Of a stretch of 64,000 bases of DNA, positions 62,350 to 64,000 are shown in pieces; the stretch's first letter is position 1, and each line of letters starts with the position of its first letter. A program made the translations under genes and the position numbers. Where the stretch lies: NCBI RefSeq assembly GCF_006345805.1, contig NC_043018.1, forward strand, positions 14,570,001 through 14,634,000, written 5' to 3'. This DNA is from Octopus sinensis. Its lineage: Eukaryota. The notes under the pieces were generated by a model. The model saw only the letters and a list, made by a program, of their open reading frames with translations. It had not been told where the DNA came from and made no database searches.

Positions 62350-62690
62350 TGAATATGTCATAGTATATTTATAACTGTATTATGTCATAGTCTGTAACTG
62401 ATACATCATAGTCTATAAATGTGATATGTCGTAGTGAATAACTGCGATATATCATAATCCATTACTGTGATATATCATAGTTTGTCACTGTCATATCTTA
62501 TAGCCTGTAACTGTGATATGTCATAGTTTATGATTGTGATATATCAGTGTATCAATAACTGTTACATGTCATAATGAATAACTGTGATATATATTATGAT
62601 TGTGATATATCATACTCTATAACAATGATATAACATCGTCTAAAACTGTAATATGTGATAGTCTACAACTATGATATATCTTAGTCTCAG
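62350..62690. repeat. Degenerate ~23-bp minisatellite (TATATCATAGTCTATAACTGTGA), ~14 units
   Basis: Direct reading; stray units also at ~61000, 61085, 61742, 62108 and 62143. Confidence 0.85.
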
Positions 62691-64000
62691 TGTTTAAGAT
62701 GTCCAAAGCTGAAGTGAAATGTGGGTCAGGCACAGGTCACCCAATGGGCAAAAATTGGTTTCGTTTCTCTTCTATTTTTCTCTTCAATTCATCCGGGAAT
62801 AATGTCGTTATGAGAAGGGGTAATTAGAAGCACAGAGACAAACAATCATGAATATATAACAAAATATATACACAAACAAAAAAATGGAAAAAATGTTCCA
62901 ATAAACGTACACTTAAAAACACATATATATTTATACGCACTTACATGGCCAATCCTCCTCATACACATACATGCGCACGCATACACACACATATATACTT
63001 ATATAAATACATTTGTACATGTATATATATATATGTATATATATACGCACAAACATACACACATACATATATATGTATGTATATATATTTTTCATTTATA
63101 GACACATGCATATATAACACGTATATAAACATATACATACATGTATATATACATATATGCGTACATAGATGGATACATATGCTTACATACATTATACTTA
63201 TATGCAGAAAGAAATGTGAAAGACACACACACACACGCCCATATACATATACATATACATATACATACACTTTTATATACGCACAATTCCATCAACCAAT
63301 ATATATATATATATATACATACACGCGCACATGCATACATAGACACACCGCACACATGTGCATACATAATGAAGTTGTTGGCTTTATTGGAAGTCCAACA
63401 CACCCAATGTAGCAGTGTCACAGTGAAGGAGCCTCTTCCGGCCAGCCGTTCTATCAGCAAGTAATTGACCTTCTACTTCACTAAGCATGTGTCCAACGTA
63501 GTCGTCGACAGGTTTGTTTCTCTGCCTTAAGTGATCACAGTTGCAACGAATCATATTTCTGATCCTCTCACTTGCATGGGAACAAAACCGAGGTTTTCAA
63601 TTAATCCACATATTAAAATAGGAGAGTGAAAATGACTGAGCGCGCGTAGGCAAGTAGGACGTGAGATAACCAATCTATCACTGTATGCAATAATATATTT
63701 ATCATGCGTTTACATAATCAGTTTAGAATTTTTGGAAAAGATGTAAATGTTTGACCAACGCAACAATTTTTATAACATTGGAAAATCAGTTTTTATCTAA
63801 ATTATACTCTGTTGGTAAACACCCAAAACCCTTGTCTGGCCTGGCGGTTGGTCTTTACTATTAATTTCTTATCTTGACGCAAGGTGTCTCATTTTGAAGA
63901 AAGGTATAATTCAGCCCTGATGTGTCATTGAATCAACACGTGAGCATCAACCTGGTTTCTCGACTTACTGGAAATATAAACCAAATCTCCCTTAAATTAG

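Noticed and set aside
60425-62690. Short regular repeats as a possible CRISPR array
   Set aside because: Units are contiguous with no unique spacers, there are no cas genes, and the context is eukaryotic.

Overview
Eukaryotic, AT-rich, microsatellite-dense DNA, most likely an octopus (coleoid cephalopod). That assignment is an inference from recognising the SINE families. About 1% or less looks like host coding sequence: one credible spliced terminal exon (344-1014, tentatively TAF1B-like). The rest is a transposon graveyard. It holds four tRNA-derived SINE families (called A-D here, many with clear TSDs) and non-LTR fragments (RTE, CR1 x3, R4/Dong-like, CRE-like, an L1/Tx1-like ORF1 and Penelope-like x3). 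DNA transposons include a near full-length decayed Chapaev3, mariner, maT (DD37D) and Tc1 relics and a Helitron; there are also two possible solo LTRs. Nearly all ORFs in the supplied track are microsatellite artefacts. There are no CRISPR arrays, rRNA genes or true tRNA genes. The most interesting signal is three unrelated non-coding repeat families that each carry a minimal type-I hammerhead-ribozyme motif of the Penelope type. Two of them occur as ~400-450 bp fold-back hairpins with a hammerhead in each arm: one arm pair has a tRNA-like B-box head, and one arm of the other has a U3-A8 compensated core. No single copy has a fully intact core, so activity is a hypothesis about the family consensus. 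Other notable structures are SINE 3'-module swapping at one fixed breakpoint and a 39-bp template-switch hairpin. Coordinates of decayed repeats are approximate unless fixed by a TSD or TIR.
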